Shown: in pieces, positions 10,005 through 19,489 of the stretch
Layout: each line of letters starts with the position of its first letter
Numbering within the stretch: the stretch's first letter is position 1
NCBI GenBank assembly: GCA_964549615.1
Contig: CAZJVP010000099.1
Coordinates: 32,001-96,000 of the forward strand
Source: an uncultured Thermococci archaeon
GTDB lineage: Archaea > CAYQAE01 > CAYVLA01
DNA length: 64,000 nt
Direction of reading: 5' to 3'
The notes under the pieces: generated by a model
What the model was told of the DNA's origin: nothing
Database searches by the model: none
What the model saw: the letters and a program-made list of their open reading frames with translations, nothing else
Made by a program: the position numbers and the translations under genes

Positions 10005-11096
10005 ATGGGCCTCAGGGTAGCCCGGGTCGTGCCAGACTTTCTGCCGCTCGAAAAGGCGTATGGCTACTACGTCACCTTCTCGATGCTGACCAGCGCTCAG
10101 CAATCCCTTGGGAACGAGGTGACCCTTTTCTACCCCCGGTCAACACCGAAGGGAGACCTCGAGTTCAAGGTCAAGCCGGTGGGGGACCTAAGCCCAGCGT
10201 ATTTCGCGTTGGGGGCGAGCCTAAGACGCAGACTCGGCGAGTTCGACGTTGTGCACGGCCATGCCAGAGCAGCCTTGCCCTTGGCAGGCTTGGAGCCCTC
10301 AAGCCCGGTTGTCGTACACCTTCACGGACTCCCTTACCACGTCACGGAGCATACGGGAAGATTCGATCCGCACGACGCCACCGCCTTCATGTACTATCGC
10401 GCGTTCCTCAGGAAGGCAGACTGCGTGATCACCTACTGCAATAGCCTCCGAAGAAAGGTGATCGAGATATTCAGGTTGGACCCTGCAAGGGTCGTCCACA
10501 TCCCCAACGGCGTCGAGCCCCAATACTTCCGCGCCAAGGACCACCTCAGAGAGCAGCTCGGGATCCGCGACTCCCCGGCGGTAATCTATGTCGGGCGTTT
10601 CAGCGAGGTAAAGGGCATCTTTGAGTTTCTTGAGTCGATACCCAGTATACTCCGGCGGGTCCCCGATGCGAAGTTTCTATTTGTGGGATGCAACTCGGCC
10701 CTGCCAAAGTTTCTATCCAGGCACGAAATCGAAATGAGCTGTATGTGCGTCCAACACGTTCCCTACAACAAGGTTGGGGCCTACTACCGATCGGCTGACG
10801 TTCACGTCGCCCTATCCAAGGTCTACGGATACCAAAAGACCGTCCTTGAGTCGCTCGCCTCGGGAACCCCGGTGGTTACATCCGACTACCCGGACGCAAG
10901 GCGGCTGGTTGGGTCGGCAGGTTTGTTCACGGACCCGAACAAACCCGAGATGGTGGCCGCGGCAGTCTGCCAGGCGTTAGAGGATGATGAGCTCAGGATA
11001 AACGCAAGAAGCAGATCGAAGGAGATAATGAGGCAGTACACCTGGCGCAAAGCCGCGGAGAGAATCCAGGACGTCTATAGCCATCTGATGGCTTAG
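10005..11096 (+). CDS. GT4 family glycosyltransferase
   Basis: DVVHGH, IPNGVE, YVGRFSEVKG, VLESLASGTPVV. ATG 10005 lies about 25 nt after AAGCTTTTCA. Confidence 0.9.
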   Translation: MGLRVARVVPDFLPLEKAYGYYVTFSMLTSAQQSLGNEVTLFYPRSTPKGDLEFKVKPVGDLSPAYFALGASLRRRLGEFDVVHGHARAALPLAGLEPSSPVVVHLHGLPYHVTEHTGRFDPHDATAFMYYRAFLRKADCVITYCNSLRRKVIEIFRLDPARVVHIPNGVEPQYFRAKDHLREQLGIRDSPAVIYVGRFSEVKGIFEFLESIPSILRRVPDAKFLFVGCNSALPKFLSRHEIEMSCMCVQHVPYNKVGAYYRSADVHVALSKVYGYQKTVLESLASGTPVVTSDYPDARRLVGSAGLFTDPNKPEMVAAAVCQALEDDELRINARSRSKEIMRQYTWRKAAERIQDVYSHLMA

Positions 11097-12853
11097 AGTA
11101 GCGTCCTTGAGTCATACGGCTCCAGATCAACGAGGAAACATGCCCTCTTCCCACCGACGCACTCGACGTCAACCGGCAGCCCCCTTAACGCGGCACCGGA
11201 TGTGTTCTGAACACTCGCCGCCCCCTTAGCTACGGACGTGCGGACGGCTTTGTGCTCGGGGCACAAGACGGACTCCCAGTACTGCGCAATGTTGTGGTGG
11301 GTCGTCAACCAACACTTTGAGCCTAAGTCTTGGACCAGGAATCTGAGGAACTCCGGGAAGCACTTCGTGGAGTCCACCCTTCCGAAGAAGGGGGAGTACT
11401 GGCGCAGGTGGGGGTGCCACAGATAGGTTACCTGGGATCCAGACCGAGGCGCTCTCCGGAGCGCCCTCTTCAGAGAAAGGAGCTGGGTCGGCGTGAAAGG
11501 ATCGAAACGTCTGGTGTGGGCGCCCGTCTCAACTATGCGCGAGCCCTCCGGATGGTAAGGCATACAGACGCCCAAGTCAGGCCTGTAGGGGGCGATGTTC
11601 CGGCCAAGCAGGGACCTCCTCTCGACAGCCTCTGAGGAGCCGAGAAGGCCGGCCTGCGAAAGGGCCCTCGGGTAGAGTGGGTGGGATTTGTTGCCCGGGG
11701 CAGACCAGGTAGTTGGCTCGACCCCGAAGAATGCCTTCAACTTGAGGTTGTTGAGCCTGATGTTGTCGACTATCTCGCCCAAGGCGTCTTCCCCGCCGTC
11801 TTCCGAGGTTTGCCATCCGTGATGGTATTCGCCAGGTGCCACGTTCCTACGCCAAGACGTGTCCTGCGAGGCATCGTAGCCGTATGGGCTCCAGTAGTGG
11901 TAGTACATGTGATTCCCGACTTGGGCACACGGCCAAACCTGGTCAAGCAGCGGGTACTCCAAGTCATTGCAGGCCTTGATTTGTCCGAGGAATCGGAGCC
12001 AGCTCTCGAAACGGCTTCGGGAGACTTCGCCATTCATCTTCTCGGGAAACTTCTGGACCCAGCGAAACCACTCCTCGAAGTCTAGAGTCAACCGCGAGGA
12101 TATGAATAGCGACGGCGGTATCCTGAACAGTCCGGAGAGATCAAACGCCGTCTGAAGAGTCCCCTCGTTGCTCAGGTTATCGAAGCCGTCTATGTCCGCC
12201 CTCCAGGCCGAGGCGGCAGGAAGACCATATCTCCATCTGTAGATCCCGCAGCGGACCGGCGGATGCTCCTCGGGCGCAAAAACGCTCCTCACAACCAAAC
12301 GCCTGGTCTCCGTCCCGCCGGCATGGCGAGCCTCCACGAGCAGACTGGACCGATTCTCCGATGCAACGAGTGGGGTGACTGTGAAATCGTAAGCACGCGC
12401 CTCGCCGGGCTCAAGATCGAAGCTCTGCACGAAGGAGCGGTCCAACCTGTAGCTAGCGCCATTTGCCCTGAGGGAAAGTTCGACCGCCGCGGCCCTCAAC
12501 CGCCCGATGTTGTGCACCATCGCCGTGACCTTGAATGGCACCCCGACGGGACGATCTCCGATGTCCAGAACGCCGCCCTTGGCCCTCACCAAGGGACATC
12601 GAACGTTAAGCACGACCGACGGTTGTGGTGGAGGAAGCTGCCGATGAAGGTAGCTGAACTCTCTCTTGAAGCGCAGGGCGAGGATGAGCAAGCCCAGGGC
12701 CGGGATGAGCGAAAGCGACCCGAGCATCCATGACCCCGTTGTCAGGGACGTTGCCGTCAGCGCTACCTCCGAGATGAGCGCAACCAGGACCTCGGGGTAG
12801 ACGTAGTAGAGTGTGAAAAAGCCCCTAAGCATGGATCTCAAGCGAGCCACCAC
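11093..12853 (-). CDS. Membrane-anchored protein: 2 TM segments, CARDB/Ig-like domain, polysaccharide deacetylase-like domain
   Basis: N-terminal hydrophobic helices; VTAMVHNIG...DLEPGEARAYDFTV (CARDB-like); RADID, VGNHMYYH, WSAPGN, YLWHPH. Confidence 0.7.
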   Translation of the reverse strand: MVARLRSMLRGFFTLYYVYPEVLVALISEVALTATSLTTGSWMLGSLSLIPALGLLILALRFKREFSYLHRQLPPPQPSVVLNVRCPLVRAKGGVLDIGDRPVGVPFKVTAMVHNIGRLRAAAVELSLRANGASYRLDRSFVQSFDLEPGEARAYDFTVTPLVASENRSSLLVEARHAGGTETRRLVVRSVFAPEEHPPVRCGIYRWRYGLPAASAWRADIDGFDNLSNEGTLQTAFDLSGLFRIPPSLFISSRLTLDFEEWFRWVQKFPEKMNGEVSRSRFESWLRFLGQIKACNDLEYPLLDQVWPCAQVGNHMYYHYWSPYGYDASQDTSWRRNVAPGEYHHGWQTSEDGGEDALGEIVDNIRLNNLKLKAFFGVEPTTWSAPGNKSHPLYPRALSQAGLLGSSEAVERRSLLGRNIAPYRPDLGVCMPYHPEGSRIVETGAHTRRFDPFTPTQLLSLKRALRRAPRSGSQVTYLWHPHLRQYSPFFGRVDSTKCFPEFLRFLVQDLGSKCWLTTHHNIAQYWESVLCPEHKAVRTSVAKGAASVQNTSGAALRGLPVDVECVGGKRACFLVDLEPYDSRTLL

Positions 12854-13859
12854 GTGAACGCAGTCGTCGCAGAAGCGCTTCGACCGGCTCCGCGAATGTC
12901 AGGAAACGGCGATCGAGGATCGCCATGGGCTCGGTGTGGCCCCCAAATCCCTTCTTCCATCTGTACACGCCATGCTGGGCCGAGGATGGGTCGAGGAATA
13001 CCTCGCCCATGTTGTATCTGGACAGGCCCATCGAGACTCCCCACTCAATGACCTTCCAGTGGAGCAGATCGTTTGCCCTATAGTCCTTCGCCTCAGGCGT
13101 GTAACAGGTGTAGGGACAGAAAGCCGTGTCCAAGTGGTTCAGGACGAGGGCCGATGCGACCGGACAGTTGCCCGACTCCGCAATGAAGACCCTGATCATA
13201 TCTCTGGGCCGGAATGAATCCCAAAGCGCCTCCACGTGCCGGAACGAGAATGGTTGAAACCCCCTGTCCTGGGCAAATCTCACGAACATATCGTGAAAGA
13301 CGGAGAGGTCGGCCTTGTCCGCGGATGCCCTCACCCTGACGCCCTTCTCGGACGCTTGCCTAACGTTCCTTCTCTTCGGCGGATCCATCTGCCCCCAAGC
13401 ATGGGAGGCCTCTCTCGGAAGGTCCACAAGGAAGATCTCCGCCTTCCTAGTAACTCGGTACCCATGCGGGCCGGTCAACACGTCAAGCAGGCCTGCCGCT
13501 TCGAAGCGGTGGACACGGGCCCTGGATATTAGATTCTTCCGGGCGTACTCGTTGACGCGGGACACAAGGGCTGAGGCGACCGCGGTTGCCTCGGGCTTCG
13601 GGAGACGAATTAAGGATGGACCGCCGCCGCTACTACCCCCCATTACGATCTGCGAGAAAGGCCTGTTCCGTCGAATCCCTTGAAGCACGCCAAGGGGCCT
13701 GTCGCTCCAGGCCAGAAATCTCACCGGCAGCATCCCGCCGCCGCGCCGTTTCACCGCCTCTCCGTATTCGTAACACTGGCGATAGTCGCCCTGCCCAGAC
13801 TGCCTCAGCACCTCGTCCCAGTCGGACGCCCTGGGTGCTTGATCGATTTCTATCTTCAA
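12825..13859 (-). CDS. FemAB-like / lipid II:glycine glycyltransferase-like GNAT protein
   Basis: FLVDL...WGQMDPPKRRNVRQASEKGV, NDLLHWKVIEW, YNMG, GVYRWKKGFGG. Confidence 0.85.
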   Translation of the reverse strand: MKIEIDQAPRASDWDEVLRQSGQGDYRQCYEYGEAVKRRGGGMLPVRFLAWSDRPLGVLQGIRRNRPFSQIVMGGSSGGGPSLIRLPKPEATAVASALVSRVNEYARKNLISRARVHRFEAAGLLDVLTGPHGYRVTRKAEIFLVDLPREASHAWGQMDPPKRRNVRQASEKGVRVRASADKADLSVFHDMFVRFAQDRGFQPFSFRHVEALWDSFRPRDMIRVFIAESGNCPVASALVLNHLDTAFCPYTCYTPEAKDYRANDLLHWKVIEWGVSMGLSRYNMGEVFLDPSSAQHGVYRWKKGFGGHTEPMAILDRRFLTFAEPVEALLRRLRSRGGSLEIHA

Positions 13860-13877
13860 CCGGAAACCGACCTCGCC

Positions 13878-15395
13878 TTATTCACCTGTGCTGACTGCCT
13901 CTTTGACTTTTCTTGAGACAGTTGGGTACCGGGATATCCATTTGACCTCGTCAAATGCCTGCCCGAAGTGCATGTATCGGAGGCTTCTTAGAAGCCGCTT
14001 GAACTTCTCCTTTGGCCTCGATCTGTCCAGAAGATACCTTCTCGCGAGCGCGATCTCCTCGGAGCTGAAATCGTCATAGCCAAGCACCGGTGAATCCCCA
14101 GAGATGCAAGACCTGTCCTGCGTCTTCATCCAACCCTTCCGCCTGGCCTCTTCGAAGAGCTTGGTGCCCGGATAAGGCACAAGGAAAGCCACGTTGATCC
14201 GATGCGGCTGGAGCCTGTCCAGGATTTCGGCGGTTTCCCTGACCGTCCGCCAGCTCTCCCCGGGAAGGCCAACCATCACATTAGCGGTGATGGGTATAGA
14301 GGCCGAACGCAGCGAGCGAAAGCCCTTGATCATCTTTCCGAGGGTCGATCCCCTCTTCCCCCTCTGTGAGAAAAGAAGATCTGCCCCCGTCTCCAAGCCG
14401 ACCTGTGCATTCACGCACCCTGACCTCTTCATCGCCGCGGCAAGCTCGTCGGTCACAAGATCAGCCCGCATCTCGGCCCTCCAGACGATCCTCAAGTCCT
14501 TTTCGAGGAGCCCGTTGCAGATCGCAATCGACCTTTCCACGTCAAAGTTCCACGTTGGATCCCTGAACCAGATCGCCTCTACCGAATACTTCCGTACAAG
14601 CGTCTCTACCTCGTCCACGGTCCTCTCGGCGGAAAGCGCCCTCCATCGCGTCCCGAACTCTAGGATGTAGGGGCAGTACTCACAGCCGTAGGGGCAGCCC
14701 CTGCTGGACAGAACCGTGAAGAACCTCCTGCCCCGCCCCCCTCTCTTCATCTCGATCTTTCCGTAATCGTAGTAGCGCTCCATGTCCAGAAGTTCATAGG
14801 CAGGAGACGGCAGAGAGTCAAGATCATCGAGGGGTGGCGAAGGCGCCGTTCGAACGATCCGGCCGCCATCACTGAAGCTTATGCCACGGACCTCAGCGAG
14901 CCCAGTCTTCCCCGACAGGGCATCGCAGAGATCGGCAAGGCAGGTCTCAAGCTCCCCCTCGATCACAACGTCGACCGAATCGCCGAGGAGTTCCTCACGG
15001 TAGATGCAGGAAACGGGCCCCCACGTGGCGCTAACTGCGTCCGGAGCAGATGACTTGATCTTGCGAAGGACTTGTTGGTCTCCATCAAAGCAGGGAAAGC
15101 ACGGGCGACTCACGATGAGTTCGAACGAGCCGTTCTTGATGTATGCCGATATGCTTTCGAGGTCCCAGCATCTCACCTGGCAGTCGAGGATGTGCACGTC
15201 GTGCCCACGCATCCGGGCGGAAGCGGCGGCATACGCCTCGAGCAATGGCGGAAGGACTGGGGCGCTGGCGTCGTGGCCGAAGCTTCTCCTCCTGGATATG
15301 GAACCGACCACGCCAAAGCCACCGGCGAAATCCCTTTCGATGTTCCTCCCAGGCGGGCTGGGAAGGTTGAGAAGGAGCACCCTCAAGAGGCTCAC
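13878..15395 (-). CDS. B12-binding domain radical SAM protein
   Basis: PPLLEAYAAA...GHDVHILD, GELE, SSRGCPYGCEYC, GLETG, MVGLPGES, PYPGTKLF. GTG 15395 overlaps the upstream stop. Confidence 0.9.
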   Translation of the reverse strand: MSLLRVLLLNLPSPPGRNIERDFAGGFGVVGSISRRRSFGHDASAPVLPPLLEAYAAASARMRGHDVHILDCQVRCWDLESISAYIKNGSFELIVSRPCFPCFDGDQQVLRKIKSSAPDAVSATWGPVSCIYREELLGDSVDVVIEGELETCLADLCDALSGKTGLAEVRGISFSDGGRIVRTAPSPPLDDLDSLPSPAYELLDMERYYDYGKIEMKRGGRGRRFFTVLSSRGCPYGCEYCPYILEFGTRWRALSAERTVDEVETLVRKYSVEAIWFRDPTWNFDVERSIAICNGLLEKDLRIVWRAEMRADLVTDELAAAMKRSGCVNAQVGLETGADLLFSQRGKRGSTLGKMIKGFRSLRSASIPITANVMVGLPGESWRTVRETAEILDRLQPHRINVAFLVPYPGTKLFEEARRKGWMKTQDRSCISGDSPVLGYDDFSSEEIALARRYLLDRSRPKEKFKRLLRSLRYMHFGQAFDEVKWISRYPTVSRKVKEAVSTGE

Positions 15396-16921
15396 CCTTC
15401 GGACGGACGGACATGCCTGAGCCCAACCCTCGAGCTCAGTCGCTTGAGCAGCGCCGGCGCAACGACCCTGGAGTAGTACGCGGGGTTGAGCCAGAACATC
15501 CTCCCATAGCGGGAGGACCACTCGACTCTTCTTATGCGGGCTTTGAACCTGCGTATGCCGCGCAAGACATCCCGCATGGTCTTGAACTCGGTGCGTATCT
15601 GCCCGCTTGCACGGATGATCGTCGGGAACTCGCGCCAGGAGTCTATCGGGTCGAACACGCCGTCTTCGACTCCCATCTCATAGAGCGGGGTCTTTGGATA
15701 TGGTACCGACAAGGACGGGCGGGCGAAGGTGACCCGCGGAAGCCTCGACATGCGCTGCGCGAACTCCAACGTCGCTTCGATGGTATCTTTGCTCTCACCG
15801 GGGAGCCCGAAAAGAAGGTTGTTGCTGGCGTGGATGCCCGCGCTTGAGGTCCATCTGATGGACTGCTCAGCTTCCTCCACCGTCTGCTTCTTGCCTATAC
15901 GGTCCAAGACCTCCTGGCTTGCTGACTCCAGCCCATAGTTGAGCTGGTAGCAGCCCGACCTCTTCATCAGCTCAAGCAGATCGGCGTCCACGGAGGAGTA
16001 CCTCGTCTCCGCGCTCCACGCAATCTGGATGCCTCGTTCGATGATCATTTCGCATATCCTTGCGGTTCGCGCGCGGTCGATCGAGAACTCGGGGTCCTGG
16101 AACCGAACGATCCTTACCCCGTGATCCCTATACAGCAGCTCAAGCTCGTCCACGACGTTCCCCGGCGACCTGGACCGAAACCCCCTTCTGTGGATGTAGA
16201 GAGCACAGAAGGCGCAGCCGAACGGGCATCCCCTTGAGCTCAGGATGAATGTGGAAAGGCCTTGAAAGCTGTACAGGTCTGACTTATAGTATCCGAACTT
16301 CTGGTAGGGGGAAAGTGGCATGATCTCGTAGAGGGGAAAGGGGTTTTCATCCAAGTCCACCGTCCGCGCCGGAGGGTTCAGTTCAACATCGCGGGGGCCG
16401 AGGCGGACAACAGTACCCGGTATATCAAGCGGTTCATTGCCTGAAGCAATTGCCGCGACCAACTCCCAAACGGGGGCCTCGGGCTCTCCCACGACGCCGA
16501 TGTCGGCCGATCCCATCTCCTGCATCGCTGACTCGGGGAAGACCGTCACATGTGGGCCTATGACGACCAGAGTTACGTTCCGTAATAGAGCGCGGGTGGC
16601 GTCAAGGAGCTGGGCAGGGACCTTAACCGACGGGTAGGGGCATATCCATCTGTCGAATGCCGCAGTGTTCAGGACCACCACATCAGGCCGTTGGGCAGCT
16701 ATCCTTCGTGCAGTTTCCTCGACGGACAGCTGGGCGGCGTTAGCCTCAAGAAGGGCGAGATCAACGCCCTCGCCTAGCCCCCTTCTCAACATGGAAGCGG
16801 CGTACGCGAGGTCAAGGGGCGGCCTGTTCCTGCGGTTTGTGAAATGGAAATACTGGGTCAGATCCAAGCCATCGATTCTCACGGGGTAACTGGAGGGATG
16901 AGGAGTGTTCACGAAGAGCAC
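15392..16921 (-). CDS. B12-binding domain radical SAM protein
   Basis: PPLDLAYAAS, IGPHVT, GEPE, SSRGCPFGCAFC, GLESAS, FGLPGES, PYPKTPLY. The ORF-track extension to 17245 overlaps the divergent gene; real start is near 16921. Confidence 0.9.
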   Translation of the reverse strand: MLFVNTPHPSSYPVRIDGLDLTQYFHFTNRRNRPPLDLAYAASMLRRGLGEGVDLALLEANAAQLSVEETARRIAAQRPDVVVLNTAAFDRWICPYPSVKVPAQLLDATRALLRNVTLVVIGPHVTVFPESAMQEMGSADIGVVGEPEAPVWELVAAIASGNEPLDIPGTVVRLGPRDVELNPPARTVDLDENPFPLYEIMPLSPYQKFGYYKSDLYSFQGLSTFILSSRGCPFGCAFCALYIHRRGFRSRSPGNVVDELELLYRDHGVRIVRFQDPEFSIDRARTARICEMIIERGIQIAWSAETRYSSVDADLLELMKRSGCYQLNYGLESASQEVLDRIGKKQTVEEAEQSIRWTSSAGIHASNNLLFGLPGESKDTIEATLEFAQRMSRLPRVTFARPSLSVPYPKTPLYEMGVEDGVFDPIDSWREFPTIIRASGQIRTEFKTMRDVLRGIRRFKARIRRVEWSSRYGRMFWLNPAYYSRVVAPALLKRLSSRVGLRHVRPSEG

Positions 16922-17030
16922 TCTTGTCCCGGTCGTCTCGTTCCGCTCCGAACAAACGATCCCGACGCGTTTACTTATATTTGATGTGCGCCTAGATTTC
17001 GGCTTGAAAGGATCGCGAATGTGAAGAGCT

Positions 17031-18239
17031 ATGAACGTACTTTTGGTGACGAGGAAGTTCCCACCGCCGAATGACCTGGGGGCCGTTGCAACCCTGCTCT
17101 GGGAAGTGTCCAACGGCTTGGTCGACAGGGGGGTCAACGTAGTCGTCCTGGCGGGTCCCCATCGGGGGGCGGACATCGAGGAACCCAGAAAAGGACTGCG
17201 GATTGTCCGATTTAAGGCTAGTAGAGCCGGTGTCAACCGGAGCATTCCTTCCGCACTTAGGAAAGCCGAGATGGGGGCTGACGTGATCCACCTTCACGAC
17301 GTGCTGCCCATGGGGCTGCCCCTTTTGTGGAGACTGTCGCGCAATCCCGCGCCCAGGTTCTGGACCTGGCACAACCTCGCCCCCCTTTGCAGGAATTCTT
17401 TTTTGTGGCCTCCGTGTTCGCTTTGCCGAGGCGATGCAATCCCGGGGAGGTCGGGCCTTTGCTATCTGGATCGCGAACCAGACTGCAAGAATTGCTTCCC
17501 CAAAGGCATCAAGGGCCGAATTGGCCATGGAAGGTTCCTCATATCTTCCAAGGTGATCCTCACGCTCGCCAAGCGTTTCAACCTCATCGTTCCCTCGCGG
17601 GCGGCAAAACGTGTGCTCCAAGGCGCGGTCGGCGAACCCGTCAGGGTCATACCTAATGCAACCGTTCCACCGCCCCTTGTCATGAGCCACAGGGAAGCGA
17701 ATCCCGTCGAGGTCGTCTTCGGAGGCAGGATAGTCCCCGAAAAGGGTCTCGACCTGCTTGTGGACTCCCTTCGGGGGGTGGATGTTCAGTTGACCAGTTA
17801 CGGATTGGGACGAACGGAGTACTGCCAGAGACTGGCCCAACGCGCGCGCGAGGCGGGCGTCAACTACATACAAAAAAGATGGGTCGCCTACGAGAAGCTA
17901 CACGCGCTTCTATCCAGTGCGGATCTCTGCGCGGTACCTAGCAGGGGGTTTGAGACGTTCGGCATGATCGCGCTGGACGCCGAGTCCGCAGGGTTGCCTT
18001 TGGTTTTGTCGCGGTCGGGGGGGTTGACCGAAGTGGCAGCCGACGGTAAGAACGCACTGTATTTCGACCGCGAGGACTGCGAGGGCCTAGCCCTAGCGAT
18101 AGATTCACTGGCGCGGGATCCCAAGAGGAGAGCGAAGTACTCCAGAATCTCAAGAAAGATCGTACAAACCCGCTTCCCGGTCTCTAGACACGTCGATCTC
18201 CTCCTGAAGGCATACGAGTCGAAGGGCGACCAACCGTGA
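17031..18239 (+). CDS. GT4 family glycosyltransferase with Cys-rich insert
   Basis: MNVLLVT, DVIHLH, GRIVPEKG, VPSRGFETFGMIALDA. Confidence 0.9.
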   Translation: MNVLLVTRKFPPPNDLGAVATLLWEVSNGLVDRGVNVVVLAGPHRGADIEEPRKGLRIVRFKASRAGVNRSIPSALRKAEMGADVIHLHDVLPMGLPLLWRLSRNPAPRFWTWHNLAPLCRNSFLWPPCSLCRGDAIPGRSGLCYLDREPDCKNCFPKGIKGRIGHGRFLISSKVILTLAKRFNLIVPSRAAKRVLQGAVGEPVRVIPNATVPPPLVMSHREANPVEVVFGGRIVPEKGLDLLVDSLRGVDVQLTSYGLGRTEYCQRLAQRAREAGVNYIQKRWVAYEKLHALLSSADLCAVPSRGFETFGMIALDAESAGLPLVLSRSGGLTEVAADGKNALYFDREDCEGLALAIDSLARDPKRRAKYSRISRKIVQTRFPVSRHVDLLLKAYESKGDQP

Positions 18240-19420
18240 GAGATCGTTTCGAGGGCCAGAGCGTGCTTTTTGTCGTGTCTTCGGTGACGGGCAACCAGCT
18301 CACAAGAGCTTATCCGTTCGCCTCGCTCTTGGCGCAGGGAGGCAGAAAGGTGGAGATAATCGGGCCGGCCAAGACCGGGTCCGGTCTGTACATAGAGGAC
18401 TCCAACTTCGAGATAAGACCGATCCCCCGCCTCTCCTTGAGGTCCAGAACGCGATGGCTCTCCGGAAAAGTGTCGCGGTATGACATCGTTTGTGTGTCCA
18501 AACCGTGTTGGGAAGGGACCCTGGCGGCCGTGATGGCGAAGAGAATGGGCAAGATGTTGATCTTTGATATCGACGACGACGACCCTCGAAACTGGTTCTT
18601 CGATTTGCGAACGGATGCCGGGAGGATCGGGCCGAAGGGCATCGCCGCGAGGCTTCCTGAGGCCGTTGTGATACAGGTAAACTTCTCGATGCGCGTGATC
18701 GCCGACCGACTGACGGTTGCATCCCACGCCTTAAGAAGGAAGTACGGAGGCCAGGTCGTCTACGTGCCCATCCCGTCACGGATCTTTGAGGGACAGACGC
18801 GTGACATTCCGGGCGACAAGATCGTCATGTACGCGGGGGCGATCAGGGCTCACAAAGGGATAGAGACGCTGATCGAGGCATTCACATTGGCCAAGTCACA
18901 GGTCCCTGAGGCTAAGCTGTATCTGGTCGGGCCCATCCATGAGGACTCTATCAGCTGGGAGGGCATGAGCCGGAGGATCGACAGGGTGAACGATATCTTC
19001 TGCCCGGGGTTTCAGCCGATCCAGGCCATTCCTAAGTGGCTGTCCAAGGCAGACTGTCTGGTTCTGCCGAATCCCGACAATCCGATCCACAGGGCGCAGT
19101 CGCCGGTCAAACTGATGTACTACATGGGTGCCCACCGGCCCATCGTCACCACCCCGGTGGGGGAGATACCGCTCATCCTTGATGAGGGGTCGGCCCTCTT
19201 CGTGCCGCCGGACGATCCGCAAAGCATGTCGGAAGCGATCGTGAGGGTCCTTTCGGATCCAGGTCTTTCCCGCAAGTTGGCCGATGCGTCGAACCGGATA
19301 TTCCTAGAACGCCACTGCGCCGAGGTCATGCATGATGGGATCGAGGAGATCTACTCTCTTGAGGGCGTCGGCAGGGCGCCCGGGACAACTGGCCTTGCCC
19401 GAGAGGGTCGGATCACATGA
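18236..19420 (+). CDS. GT4 family glycosyltransferase
   Basis: FDIDD, YAGAIRAHKG, SPVKLMYYMG, PIVTTPVGE. GTGA coupling with the upstream gene. Confidence 0.88.
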   Translation: MRDRFEGQSVLFVVSSVTGNQLTRAYPFASLLAQGGRKVEIIGPAKTGSGLYIEDSNFEIRPIPRLSLRSRTRWLSGKVSRYDIVCVSKPCWEGTLAAVMAKRMGKMLIFDIDDDDPRNWFFDLRTDAGRIGPKGIAARLPEAVVIQVNFSMRVIADRLTVASHALRRKYGGQVVYVPIPSRIFEGQTRDIPGDKIVMYAGAIRAHKGIETLIEAFTLAKSQVPEAKLYLVGPIHEDSISWEGMSRRIDRVNDIFCPGFQPIQAIPKWLSKADCLVLPNPDNPIHRAQSPVKLMYYMGAHRPIVTTPVGEIPLILDEGSALFVPPDDPQSMSEAIVRVLSDPGLSRKLADASNRIFLERHCAEVMHDGIEEIYSLEGVGRAPGTTGLAREGRIT

Positions 19421-19489
19421 ACGCCTCGAGAACTGTTTGCAAACATGTTTATGGCCGTCTCGTCTCTGCCATAACTTCTTGACAGGTCG

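Noticed and set aside
16992-17873. 293-aa minus-strand ORF, and similar long ORFs at 24640..25374, 35843..36811, 46672..47457 and 58617..59420
   Set aside because: Antisense shadows of well-supported genes in GC-rich DNA, with no recognisable motifs.
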